A DNA stretch of 46,660 bases, from assembly GCA_964583845.1 (NCBI GenBank), contig CAZOXG010000001.1:1-46660 (forward strand). The letters run 5' to 3'. Positions 25,405 through 34,314 of the stretch are shown here, one piece after another. How positions within the stretch are numbered: the first letter of the stretch is position 1; each line of letters starts with the position of its first letter. Source of the stretch: an uncultured Candidatus Saccharibacteria bacterium (GTDB taxonomy: Bacteria; Patescibacteriota; Minisyncoccia; Phycocordibacterales; GWA1-40-21). The notes under the pieces are model-generated. The model was given only the letters and a program-made list of their open reading frames with translations. It ran no database searches and was not told the DNA's origin. The translations under genes were made by a program, and so were the position numbers.

Positions 25405-28179
25405 ATGTCTCTATTTCAAAAAACAAAAGGGAATAAAGTCAGTCTATTTCTTGCTCTTTTTTCTCTGTTTTTCTTCATCGGTAGTGCGTATTTTGTCTCT
25501 CCTATCTTTGCTTTTGTTCCTCCTGGTACTTTAGATCCTGGCTGTCCTCCAACTCAACCCGATTGTACAGTTAGCTTCTATAGTGACACTAACGCTCGAG
25601 CGGCTATTTCAGTTCAAAATATTGACGGTATTACTTATTCCTCCTCAACAGGAATTTTTACTCTAACACCAGGTTATATTATTCCAACTTCTACTTCTAC
25701 TGACACCTGGAATAATCTTCTCTCTGCTAGTTCTACTTGGAACGCTGCGGCTTCTTGGGGTAATCACGCGACCTTCGGTTACTTAACAGCTTCCACTGCC
25801 GCCACCACTTATTTATCTCTCTCCGCTTCTTCTTCATTTCTTTCTACTTCTACCGCTGCTCAAACTTACTTAACTCAAGACAATGCTTCCTCTACTTATT
25901 TATCCAAAGATTCAGCTTCTTCAACTTATCTTACCCAGACCAACGCCAATTCAATCTATCTTTCTCAAGTTAACGCTAATCTAAATTATCTATCAACCTC
26001 TTCCGCTGCTGCCACATATTTAAATCTTTCAGCTACATCTTCTTTTGCGAGATTGAGTGGCGCTATTTTTACCGGTTCAATCTACGCAACTAACTTTTCT
26101 GGAAGCGCGACTGGAACGAATACTGGTGATGAATCATCTTCGACTATTCGCACTAAACTTGGTGTGGCTACTGCTTACAATGACGGTTACTTATCAGCTA
26201 GTGATTGGAATATTTTTAATAGTAAAATATCTTCACCTTGGCTCACTATAACTAATTATTCCAGTTTATCGTCTGTGCCAGCCACTGGTGGAACAGCCTT
26301 TTCTGATTCAAACTGGCCAAGTAATGTTCCATCCCAAGCTTTTGATGGTGTACTTGATGGATATAATATCGGTTGGATTAATTTAGGTGGAAATACCGGT
26401 ATTCTCGGATATCAATTTGCTTTCGGTAAGATTCTTACTAGATACACTATTTATCCTTGGCATGGTGCCCAAAATGAATCTGGAAGAAGACCCAAAAACT
26501 GGACTTTTGAGGGTTCAAATAACGGCATAAACTACACAGTTTTAGATACTCAGGTAAACCAAACTTCTTGGACAACTAGTGTTGGTAATATTTATACCTT
26601 TTCAAATTCGAATAGCTATATATATTATCGTTTAAATATTTCAGATAATACTGGAGACGCAAATACAGCTATTGCAGAAATACAGTTTTCTGGATCTGGT
26701 TCTCCCGATACTTATTCTGCTGCAGCTGGTAATGTGGGTGTTGGAACAACAAATCCTCTGGCTAAATTAGACGTAAATGGCAATGTTAAATTAGGAGATG
26801 GAACAGATGCTGTTATAAAATTTAATTCCACAGTAGGTGCTGCCGGAGCTGGTGGTAATTCTTCAACTTTAGTTTTACAACCATCGGCATCAAACAGTAC
26901 AGGCCAAATCAATTTAAGACCATCTGGCACAAGCACTGTTCTACCAGCTTTTGTACTTAATGATTCATCCACAGGTGCGATTGGTTCTCATAGTTTTTTG
27001 ATGGGTGTCGGGGCTAGTTCATTCAACAACTATACTACCGCTTATTTTGCATCGACTATATCTGGAAATGCAAATGCGGACTCATACCCAATTGGTTTTG
27101 TTGTATCAAATGCCTCAGCCGGAAGATTTACAGCGATGACTGTAGCCAATAGTGGTAAAGTTGGTATCGGCACGAGTACTCCAGTCTCCACTTTGTCAGT
27201 TATTGGATCCGGTTATTTTTCTGGTGATTTATTTATCGGCACAACTACTTCTAGTTCTACTGTAGGTACTGTTAGTAACTTATACGTTAATGGTACAGGT
27301 ATGTCTTCTGGTGGTTGGACCAATGGTTCCTCTCGTTCAATCAAAGAGAATTTTACTCAATTAGACCGTTCAGATATCCTAAACAAAATCTCTCAATTAG
27401 AACTAACTCAGTGGAACTATATTGGTCAGTCCACTTCCACAGTTCACATAGGTCCAATTGCGGAAGATTTTTACTCTAAATTCGGTCTCGGTGGTTCAGA
27501 TAAATCAGTTTCCACTATCGATCCCGCCGGTGTGGCTCTCGTTGGTATTCAAGCTCTTAGCTCTGGTTTAAGTAATCTATTTGGCACAACCACCCTTTCT
27601 TCTTTGATTGCGACTTCTACTATCAATCCTGATAATTTTGCGATCACCGATGTCTTTGCTGAACTAGTGCAAAAGGCTATAGATAAAATCTTTGAAGTCG
27701 GTAAGACCTTAGCTGGTTTGGTTACAAACAAATTAACTGTCGGTTCTTCTACTCAACCAGCGGGTATTACTTTGTATGATGAAGACACCAAAGCTCCTTA
27801 TTGTTTGAAAATGAAGAGTGGTATAATGACTTCAGTACCTGGTGATTGTGCCAATCAGCCAACTGTTCAGAACATAAATCCAATTGCTCCAGTGATAGAA
27901 ACTCCGATTAATTCTGCTGCTTCAACTTCAGAAACAGTTTCTACTACCGGCCCTGCTACTGAAACCTCAACCTCAACAAATGATGTTGTATCACCAACTG
28001 GAACAATCTCGACTCCAATAGTAGAAACCCATGTTGTGGTAGATCCAACTCCTGCAGAACCTGTAGTGGTTCCTGATCCAGTGGTAACCCCAGTTGTAAT
28101 TGAACCAGTAAGTGTTCCAGAAATTACAGTACCTGATAATACATCGGGCTCAGAGCCAGTATTAGCTCCAACGGAATAA
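25405..28179 (+). CDS. 924-aa secreted tail-fibre-like protein with a discoidin-like domain and a C-terminal peptidase-S74-type intramolecular chaperone domain
   Basis: ATG 25405 (MSLFQKTKGNKVSLFLALFSLFFFIGSAYF.. signal anchor). Then, in order: PGTLDPGCPPTQPDC; about nine 10-11-aa x-YL-x repeats (25768-26060); an F5/8-type-C-like block AFDG..GW......Y.......I..Y.IYPW....ESGRRPKNWTFEGSNNG.NYT.LD (26278-26700); NVGVGTTNPLAKLDVNG fibre repeats; SSRSIKENF..LD..DILNKISQLELTQWNY.....VHIGPIAEDF....G (27310-27600); and a P/V/T-rich tail. Confidence 0.8.
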   Translation: MSLFQKTKGNKVSLFLALFSLFFFIGSAYFVSPIFAFVPPGTLDPGCPPTQPDCTVSFYSDTNARAAISVQNIDGITYSSSTGIFTLTPGYIIPTSTSTDTWNNLLSASSTWNAAASWGNHATFGYLTASTAATTYLSLSASSSFLSTSTAAQTYLTQDNASSTYLSKDSASSTYLTQTNANSIYLSQVNANLNYLSTSSAAATYLNLSATSSFARLSGAIFTGSIYATNFSGSATGTNTGDESSSTIRTKLGVATAYNDGYLSASDWNIFNSKISSPWLTITNYSSLSSVPATGGTAFSDSNWPSNVPSQAFDGVLDGYNIGWINLGGNTGILGYQFAFGKILTRYTIYPWHGAQNESGRRPKNWTFEGSNNGINYTVLDTQVNQTSWTTSVGNIYTFSNSNSYIYYRLNISDNTGDANTAIAEIQFSGSGSPDTYSAAAGNVGVGTTNPLAKLDVNGNVKLGDGTDAVIKFNSTVGAAGAGGNSSTLVLQPSASNSTGQINLRPSGTSTVLPAFVLNDSSTGAIGSHSFLMGVGASSFNNYTTAYFASTISGNANADSYPIGFVVSNASAGRFTAMTVANSGKVGIGTSTPVSTLSVIGSGYFSGDLFIGTTTSSSTVGTVSNLYVNGTGMSSGGWTNGSSRSIKENFTQLDRSDILNKISQLELTQWNYIGQSTSTVHIGPIAEDFYSKFGLGGSDKSVSTIDPAGVALVGIQALSSGLSNLFGTTTLSSLIATSTINPDNFAITDVFAELVQKAIDKIFEVGKTLAGLVTNKLTVGSSTQPAGITLYDEDTKAPYCLKMKSGIMTSVPGDCANQPTVQNINPIAPVIETPINSAASTSETVSTTGPATETSTSTNDVVSPTGTISTPIVETHVVVDPTPAEPVVVPDPVVTPVVIEPVSVPEITVPDNTSGSEPVLAPTE

Positions 28180-28183
28180 ACTG

Positions 28184-28249
28184 TTAAAGAAAATAAAAAT
28201 CAAGTCGGGTAACCCTAGGGTTACCCGACTTGATTTTTATTTTCTTTAA
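28184..28249. terminator. Perfect 66-bp palindrome (32-bp arms around ccctaggg); bidirectional terminator
   Basis: ttaaagaaaataaaaatcaagtcgggtaaccc|ta|gggttacccgacttgatttttattttctttaa. Confidence 0.8.
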
Positions 28250-28274
28250 TTGAAAAAAGTGATAGTATTTAAGC

Positions 28275-28784
28275 ATGCGAATATATTTAGCTACTGATCA
28301 TGCTGGTTTTGCTCTAAAGGAAGAAGTCAAAGCTTTTCTTTTAAAACATAATTACGCAGTAGAAGACTGTGGGTCTAGTTATTTTATGCCCGGGGATGAT
28401 TATGTCGATTATGTTGCCAACGCTGCTAAAGCAGTTTCGGAAAGTCCCGATAGTCGTTGCGCGATAGTTTTTGGAGGTTCGGGACAAGGGGAGGCTATGG
28501 CTGCAAACAAGTTTGCAAGAGTTAGAGCGACGGTGTATTATGGCGAACCAGTAATCAAAAATAGTTTCTGGCCCGAGTTCTTTGGAATCAGAACCGAAAA
28601 TAGCTTAGATATAATTAAACTGGGAAGAGAACATAATAATTCCAATACACTTTCTATTGGCGCCCGTTTCGTAGATAAAAAACAAGCTATTAAAGTAATC
28701 GAAAAATGGTTGGATACAAAATTTTCTGGTGAAGTTCGACATGTTAGACGTAATGCTAAGTTAGATAGTCTTATTAACAAATAA
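28275..28784 (+). CDS. rpiB: Ribose-5-phosphate isomerase B
   Basis: MRIYLATDHAGF.LKE.. and ..CGSGQGEAMAANK. An extended -10 tgatagtat (28260-28268) lies 6 nt before the ATG. Confidence 0.88.
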   Translation: MRIYLATDHAGFALKEEVKAFLLKHNYAVEDCGSSYFMPGDDYVDYVANAAKAVSESPDSRCAIVFGGSGQGEAMAANKFARVRATVYYGEPVIKNSFWPEFFGIRTENSLDIIKLGREHNNSNTLSIGARFVDKKQAIKVIEKWLDTKFSGEVRHVRRNAKLDSLINK

Positions 28785-28792
28785 TTTAAAAT

Positions 28793-29521
28793 ATGGTTGA
28801 AATAATCCCCGCTATCATCCCTAGAGATATTGACGATCTTCAGGATAAATTAATTCAAATAATGCCTTTTGCACCAATCGTGCAAATTGATGTTACTGAC
28901 GGTGTTTTTGTTAAGTCACAATGTTGGCCATATAATGTTCCGGGAGGGGATCAAGCCTGGCATGATATTAAAGAGGAAAAAACTGGTTTGCCTTTTTGGG
29001 AGAAGTTCGATTTTGAAATAGACTTAATGGTGGCTAATCCAGAAGTGGCAGCTGTCGAGTGGATCAGGGCCGGTGCTAAACGTTTAATAATTCACATTGA
29101 ATCCACGCCAGATGCAGTTGGACTACTTAGAAAATTAAATAAAGAATATGATGCCATCAAAAACTCTTTGATGGGTCTAGAGATCGGTATTGGAGTAAAT
29201 GTTAAAACTCCGAATATTGATATTTATAGGTATTTTGATGAGCTTGATCAGAACGGGTTACCTTTAGCGGACTTTGTACAGTTTATGGGTATTCGCAATG
29301 TCGGTTTCCAAGGACAAGAATTTGATGATACAGTTATATTAAAAATCCGCGATATTCGAGAAAAATATCCGCACGTAATAATCAGTGTGGATGGGGGGGT
29401 AACTGAAGATAATGCACCGTCTCTATTGGCGGCTGGAGTCAATCGTTTGGTTTCTGGCTCGGCCATTTTTAATGCTCCTAGTACGGCTCAAGCTATGGAG
29501 TATTTTCAGAATTTGGAATAG
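28793..29521 (+). CDS. rpe: Ribulose-phosphate 3-epimerase-like (TIM barrel, RPE family, with an insertion)
   Basis: IIPAI... QIDVTDG.FV, H.E., VDGGV....AP.L..AG.N.LVSGSAIF. It lies 8 nt after rpiB. Confidence 0.75.
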   Translation: MVEIIPAIIPRDIDDLQDKLIQIMPFAPIVQIDVTDGVFVKSQCWPYNVPGGDQAWHDIKEEKTGLPFWEKFDFEIDLMVANPEVAAVEWIRAGAKRLIIHIESTPDAVGLLRKLNKEYDAIKNSLMGLEIGIGVNVKTPNIDIYRYFDELDQNGLPLADFVQFMGIRNVGFQGQEFDDTVILKIRDIREKYPHVIISVDGGVTEDNAPSLLAAGVNRLVSGSAIFNAPSTAQAMEYFQNLE

Positions 29522-29625
29522 TTTTTTGTACTTAAAATTACGAAATAATTATATTATCACTTTCTTGAAATTTCCAGCTACGCAGGAAAAACAGAAAAAA
29601 TTTTGTGATTAGGTGTGATTGGAAA

Positions 29626-29657
29626 AAAGGTCGGCACGCGAAGCGTGCCGACCTTTT
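29626..29657 (+). terminator. Intrinsic terminator
   Basis: aaaggtcggcacgc gaa gcgtgccgaccttt. Confidence 0.8.
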
Positions 29658-29716
29658 GTGACTATTGAGATATTCCAATATAATGTATAATGATTTTGTA
29701 ATAAATATAAAATAAC

Positions 29717-30589
29717 ATGATAACTTTAAGAGAGGCTATTAAACAAGCACAAGCAGAAAAGAAAGCTATTGGACACTTTAATATTTCCAATATTGAAATT
29801 TTATGGGCAATATTTAATGCCGCAAGAAAATTGAATGTCCCAGTTATAATCGGTACAGCTGAGGGTGAAAGAAATTTTATTGGTACTCGTCAGGCGGCTG
29901 TTTTGGTCAAGAGTTTAAGAGAAGAATTCAATTATCCTATTTTTCTTAATGCTGATCATACCTATTCTTTTGAAAAAGTAAAAGAAGCCGTTCTTGCTGG
30001 TTACGATTCAATTATTTTTGATGGCACCAAAGTGTCTATTGAAGACAATATTAATCAAACCAAAGAATGCATCGAATACGCTAAGAAAGTAAACCCAGAA
30101 ATAATTATGGAAGCCGAGCTAGGTTTTATTGGTTCTTCTTCTCAGGTGCTTTCCGGTATTCCAGAAGGGGTAAAAATTACAGAAGAATTTTTAACCAAGC
30201 CAAACGAAGTTGTCGATTTTATCAAGGCTACTAGAGTGGATATGGTCGCACCGGCAGTTGGGAATATTCACGGTATGCTAAAAGGAGGGGTAGATCCGGC
30301 TTTAAATATTCAACGAATAAAAGAAATTAAGGAAGCTATTGGGGAGACGCCTATTGTTTTACACGGGGCGTCTGGTAATTCTGCTGAGGATATTAAGGCG
30401 GCAATTGCCGCCGGTGTAGCGATTGTTCATGTTAATACTGAGTTACGTGTGGCTTATCGTCAGGCCCTAGAGCAGGTTTTGAAGGATAAACCAGACGAAG
30501 TGGCACCATACCGTTATTTAATCATAGCTCAAGAAGCTGTTCAGAAGGTGGTAGAAGATAAGCTTAAAATCTTTAACAATATTGTTTAA
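29717..30589 (+). CDS. fba: Class II fructose-bisphosphate aldolase
   Basis: AIGHFN..N.E, LNADH, ELG.IG, GN.HG, LHGASG. Confidence 0.9.
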   Translation: MITLREAIKQAQAEKKAIGHFNISNIEILWAIFNAARKLNVPVIIGTAEGERNFIGTRQAAVLVKSLREEFNYPIFLNADHTYSFEKVKEAVLAGYDSIIFDGTKVSIEDNINQTKECIEYAKKVNPEIIMEAELGFIGSSSQVLSGIPEGVKITEEFLTKPNEVVDFIKATRVDMVAPAVGNIHGMLKGGVDPALNIQRIKEIKEAIGETPIVLHGASGNSAEDIKAAIAAGVAIVHVNTELRVAYRQALEQVLKDKPDEVAPYRYLIIAQEAVQKVVEDKLKIFNNIV

Positions 30590-30633
30590 TTAGTGTAAAA
30601 ACCATTTAAGGCAGCTTTTGAGGTCTATAGGCC

Positions 30634-30661
30634 TTGATTTTTTGTCTTTTATGTATATAAT
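30634..30661 (+). promoter_or_regulatory. Promoter TTGATT-16-TATAAT, 6 nt upstream of the rplY ATG (leaderless-type)
   Basis: ttgatt 30634-30639 and tataat 30656-30661, with ATG at 30668. There is no SD in the gap. Confidence 0.5.
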
Positions 30662-30667
30662 AGCGTG

Positions 30668-31327
30668 ATGATTAAAATAGCAGTAGAAAAGAGAGACCTA
30701 AAAACTTCCCCGGATTTTTTGCGCAGTAGTGGCAAAGTTCCAGCTGTTTTTTATGGAAAAAAAGAGAGTTCTACTCCAATAGCTGTTTCCTTGTCCGAAT
30801 TCAAGAAAGTTTGGCGAGCGGCCGGAGAGACTTCCGTTATTAATTTGTCAGGTGATGGTATTGATTTAGAATCATTAATTTACGAAGTTAAATGTGATCC
30901 AGTAACCGATATTCCAACTCACGTGGATTTCTATGTGATTGAAAAAGGAAAGAAATTGGAAATCAATATTCCTTTGGAATTTGTTGGTATCGCTCCAGCT
31001 GTGCGTGACCTTGGTGGTGTTTTGATTAAAGTGCTTCACGAAATGAAAATTGAAGCTTTACCAAAAGACTTGCCACACAAGCTTGAAGTTGATATTTCTA
31101 CTTTGGCTACTTTGGATAGTGTTGTTACTGCCAAGGAAGTTAAGTTACCTGAAGGTGTAACTCTTATAGTTAATCCTGACGCTGTGGTTGCTTCTATCGC
31201 TGAAATCAAGGAAGAAGAAGTAGTTGTCGCTCCGGTTGATTTGTCTGCTATCGAAGTTGCTAAGAAAGGTAAGATTGCTAAGGAAGGTGAAGAGCCTGCT
31301 GAATCTGACGCAAAACCTGCTAAATAA
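30668..31327 (+). CDS. rplY: 50S ribosomal protein L25 / general stress protein Ctc form
   Basis: R...GK...R..GKVPAV.YG pattern, a long Ctc-type C-terminal extension, and an acidic/Lys tail. Confidence 0.88.
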   Translation: MIKIAVEKRDLKTSPDFLRSSGKVPAVFYGKKESSTPIAVSLSEFKKVWRAAGETSVINLSGDGIDLESLIYEVKCDPVTDIPTHVDFYVIEKGKKLEINIPLEFVGIAPAVRDLGGVLIKVLHEMKIEALPKDLPHKLEVDISTLATLDSVVTAKEVKLPEGVTLIVNPDAVVASIAEIKEEEVVVAPVDLSAIEVAKKGKIAKEGEEPAESDAKPAK

Positions 31328-31337
31328 TTTCTATTTT

Positions 31338-31367
31338 AAAAACACCCCCAGAAGGGGGTGTTTTTTT
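31338..31367 (+). terminator. Intrinsic terminator
   Basis: aaaaacaccccc agaa gggggtgttttttt. Confidence 0.85.
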
Positions 31368-31443
31368 GTCTAAAGAAAAAATATTAAATTTTATAATTTG
31401 AACCTTGGAGTTTGGGTGTAAATGTAGTAAAATATATGTAAGT

Positions 31444-32817
31444 ATGGTTAAAAAACCAGTTTTATTGTTTGTCGGAATCATTGCCTTATCTATACTCTTC
31501 ACTGTCAAAACAGTGGAGGCGGCTGTCTGTACCTCTGAAACGACCGGTAAAACACCAGATGAACTGCAAGCGATTCTAGACCAGTGTGAAAAAGAGATTG
31601 CTGACCAAAAGACTATTCTAACTTCAACCAAACAACAGTCATCTTTGTTGGAAAAAAATATTGCTGATTTAAATTACAAAATTAATAAGTCCCAGCTAGA
31701 AATTAAAGCTCGAAACGTAAAAATTTTACAACTTGGTGATAATATTACTTCTAAAAAGGTTTACATTGGACAACTTAGTGATCGTTTGATCAATATCAGA
31801 GAATCAATCTCAAAGCTGGTTAGAAATAGTGGGGTGCTAGAAGATTTCACCTTGACTGAGGTTTTGTTATCCAATCAAAACCTATCGGATTTTATGGCGG
31901 ATGCGGATCGTTATGCCGAAATTAATAAACAATTACGTGATCTTTCCTTAGAATTAAAGGGTGTTAAGGTTGAGAGTGAAGATCAGAAAAAGCAACTGGA
32001 AAGTAAACAGTTAAGTGAACAAAAACTGAAATATGAGCAAGAAGCTGAAAAGAAGAAGACTGAAAAATATAAAGTTGAAAAGCAAAGTTTATTAAAGTTT
32101 ACTAAAGGTCAAGAGACGGCTTATGCTAAAGAAATTGCCGAAAAAGAAAGGGTTCGTAATGAAATCCAGAATCGTATATTCCGTACAGTTGGAGGCCAAG
32201 AGATTAAATTCGGCGATGCTTTGAAATTAATTCAACCTTACGAAAGTACGATTGGTGTAAGTCCCGCATTGGTTTTAGCTGTTTTATTCCAGGAATCTTC
32301 TGTAAATGGCATTATTGGAAAAAATATCGGTAAGTGTACTTACAATCAGTCATCTTCGTGTATTAGCGGTAAGACTGTGATGTCCGACTCTCAAAAACCA
32401 GCTTTCTTAAGTATTATGAGTAGTCTCGGAATTAATCCTGACAGTCAACAAATATCTTGTGCTATTTGTCGTGATGGAAGTTATGGTGGAGCGATGGGAC
32501 CGGCTCAGTTTATGCCCGTCACTTGGAATGCCATTACTAGTCGTATTACCAGAGTTTTGGGTGTTGCTAATCCATCACCATTTGTAAATTTACACGCCTT
32601 TACAGCTTCAGCTCTTTTACTTAAAGACAATCAAGATAGATGTAAGACAGCCTTTACGACCAAAAAAGATATCTGGGCTTGCGCGGCTTCAAAATACTAT
32701 GGCGGACTAGGACTTAGTGGTTCTAGATTATTAAGTTATATGAGAACTGGTTACGGTGCTCAGGTAGCCAAGCGAGCGCTTCAATTTGAAAAGGATATTG
32801 ACTTGTTAGATAATTAG
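31444..32817 (+). CDS. Secreted coiled-coil protein with a C-terminal lytic-transglycosylase-like (SLT/MltB-type) domain
   Basis: Signal peptide MVKKPVLLFVGIIALSILFTVKTVEA, about 230 aa of coiled coil, then LVLAVLFQESS (catalytic E-S) and GGAMGPAQFMPVTW. Confidence 0.7.
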   Translation: MVKKPVLLFVGIIALSILFTVKTVEAAVCTSETTGKTPDELQAILDQCEKEIADQKTILTSTKQQSSLLEKNIADLNYKINKSQLEIKARNVKILQLGDNITSKKVYIGQLSDRLINIRESISKLVRNSGVLEDFTLTEVLLSNQNLSDFMADADRYAEINKQLRDLSLELKGVKVESEDQKKQLESKQLSEQKLKYEQEAEKKKTEKYKVEKQSLLKFTKGQETAYAKEIAEKERVRNEIQNRIFRTVGGQEIKFGDALKLIQPYESTIGVSPALVLAVLFQESSVNGIIGKNIGKCTYNQSSSCISGKTVMSDSQKPAFLSIMSSLGINPDSQQISCAICRDGSYGGAMGPAQFMPVTWNAITSRITRVLGVANPSPFVNLHAFTASALLLKDNQDRCKTAFTTKKDIWACAASKYYGGLGLSGSRLLSYMRTGYGAQVAKRALQFEKDIDLLDN

Positions 32818-32846
32818 ACCAAGAAAAACCGTACATCAAGCCAGAT

Positions 32847-32875
32847 TTGCATTTTTTAAGGTTTTCTGTTAAAGT
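32847..32875 (+). promoter_or_regulatory. Promoter TTGCAT-17-TAAAGT, 9 nt upstream of the rpmE ATG
   Basis: ttgcat 32847-32852, taaagt 32870-32875, ATG 32885. Confidence 0.45.
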
Positions 32876-32884
32876 TTGAACACT

Positions 32885-33112
32885 ATGAAAAAGGAAATTC
32901 ACCCAACATATAATGTAGATACTAAAACCACCTGTGCTTGTGGTGCTGTTTATAATTTTGGTTCAACCAAGAAAGAAATCAGTATTGAAATTTGTTCTAA
33001 ATGTCACCCTTTCTATACCGGCAATGAAAAGTCTTTGGATACTGCTGGTCGTGTTGAAAAGTTTAGAGCTCGTCGTGCTGCCTCTACTACTACCAAGAAA
33101 ACTGCTAAATAG
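32885..33112 (+). CDS. rpmE: 50S ribosomal protein L31
   Basis: MKKEIHPTY....C.CG......ST......IE.CS.CHPFYTG. Confidence 0.93.
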   Translation: MKKEIHPTYNVDTKTTCACGAVYNFGSTKKEISIEICSKCHPFYTGNEKSLDTAGRVEKFRARRAASTTTKKTAK

Positions 33113-33122
33113 CTAAGTTGAT

Positions 33123-33157
33123 TAAACCGGGTGTGCTTAAACAAGCCCGGTTTTTTC
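33123..33157 (+). terminator. Intrinsic terminator
   Basis: aaaccggg ... cccggtttttt. Confidence 0.7.
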
Positions 33158-33184
33158 GTTTGTGGTAGAATTAATATAAAATAT

Positions 33185-34171
33185 ATGACTATAGAAGAAT
33201 TTAAAAAAAATAAAAGAACTTCGTATTTGGCTGACGAATATGAACGTTTGGGTAGGGAAGAACTATCACTTAAAGACATGCTGGATAAAGATCCGGAGAT
33301 GGCAGATTTGGCGCGCGAAGAAATAGAATCTTTGATACAGCAGAAACAGGTTATTTGGCAACAGATGGAAGATATCAACAAAGCCGAACAAGCAGAGGAA
33401 GAATTTCCGAACGAGGTTATCTTGGAAGTTCGTGCTGGTGCTGGTGGTGATGAGGCCTCTTTGTTCTCTTACCAGTTAGCTGAAATGTATCGAAAATATG
33501 GAGAAGAAAAAGGTTGGTCTTTCAGCACCCTTAATACTTCTGAAAATGATCTCGGTGGATATAAAGAAGCTACTTTTGAAGTTAGAGGAAAGGACGTGTA
33601 TAAAGAGTTGAGGTATGAAACCGGTGTTCACCGTGTTCAACGTGTTCCATCAACTGAGAAAATGGGCCGTGTTCACACTTCAACAGCTTCAGTGGCGGTT
33701 TTGCCAGTTCGTAAAAAAACAAAAATTATTATTAATCCAGCAGACTTGCAAGTAGAGTTCTGTCGCGCTGGAGGAGCTGGCGGTCAAAATGTTAATAAGG
33801 TGGAAACTGCCGTTCGCTTGATTCACACACCAACTGGCATTGATGCTCGTTCCACCGCTGAACGTAGTCAGTTAAAGAATCGAGAAAAGGCGATGGAGAT
33901 TTTGTCAGCAAAATTGGAAATGAAACAACAGGAAGATGAAGCTAAAAAATACGCTAGTGAGCGTAAAGAACAGATTGGTACCGCTGATCGCTCCGAAAAG
34001 ATAAGAACATATAATGCTGCCCAGGATCGCATTACTGATCATCGTGTTAGAAATTCTTGGTATAATTACGAGAGGATATTGTCTGGTGAAAAATTTGGCG
34101 ATGTGGTTGAATATTTGGCTGAAAATATGGGTAAATCACCAAAGGAAGGGGGAGATACCGATGAAGAATAG
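33185..34171 (+). CDS. prfA: Peptide chain release factor 1
   Basis: RVQRVPSTE (PxT tripeptide, RF1 type), [33 protein letters not shown] 33185 is preferred over the upstream extension. Confidence 0.92.
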   Translation: MTIEEFKKNKRTSYLADEYERLGREELSLKDMLDKDPEMADLAREEIESLIQQKQVIWQQMEDINKAEQAEEEFPNEVILEVRAGAGGDEASLFSYQLAEMYRKYGEEKGWSFSTLNTSENDLGGYKEATFEVRGKDVYKELRYETGVHRVQRVPSTEKMGRVHTSTASVAVLPVRKKTKIIINPADLQVEFCRAGGAGGQNVNKVETAVRLIHTPTGIDARSTAERSQLKNREKAMEILSAKLEMKQQEDEAKKYASERKEQIGTADRSEKIRTYNAAQDRITDHRVRNSWYNYERILSGEKFGDVVEYLAENMGKSPKEGGDTDEE

Positions 34172-34200
34172 TATGGCTATATAGTATAAATATTTAGGAA

Positions 34201-34238
34201 GACAATAACAGAAAACCGAAGGTTTTCTGTTATTGTTC
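34201..34238 (+). terminator. Intrinsic terminator (16-bp stem)
   Basis: acaataacagaaaacc gaa ggttttctgttattgt. Confidence 0.85.
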
Positions 34239-34278
34239 TTATACTTGTACAAAATCCTTACGCTTTATCAATAAGGCG

Positions 34279-34306
34279 TTGCATTTTTTAAAAAACCTGC
34301 TAGACT
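34279..34306 (+). promoter_or_regulatory. Promoter TTGCAT-16-TAGACT, 8 nt upstream of the rpsB ATG
   Basis: ttgcat 34279-34284 (its TTG is the false start in the ORF track), tagact 34301-34306, ATG 34315. Confidence 0.45.
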
Positions 34307-34314
34307 ATCGGAAT

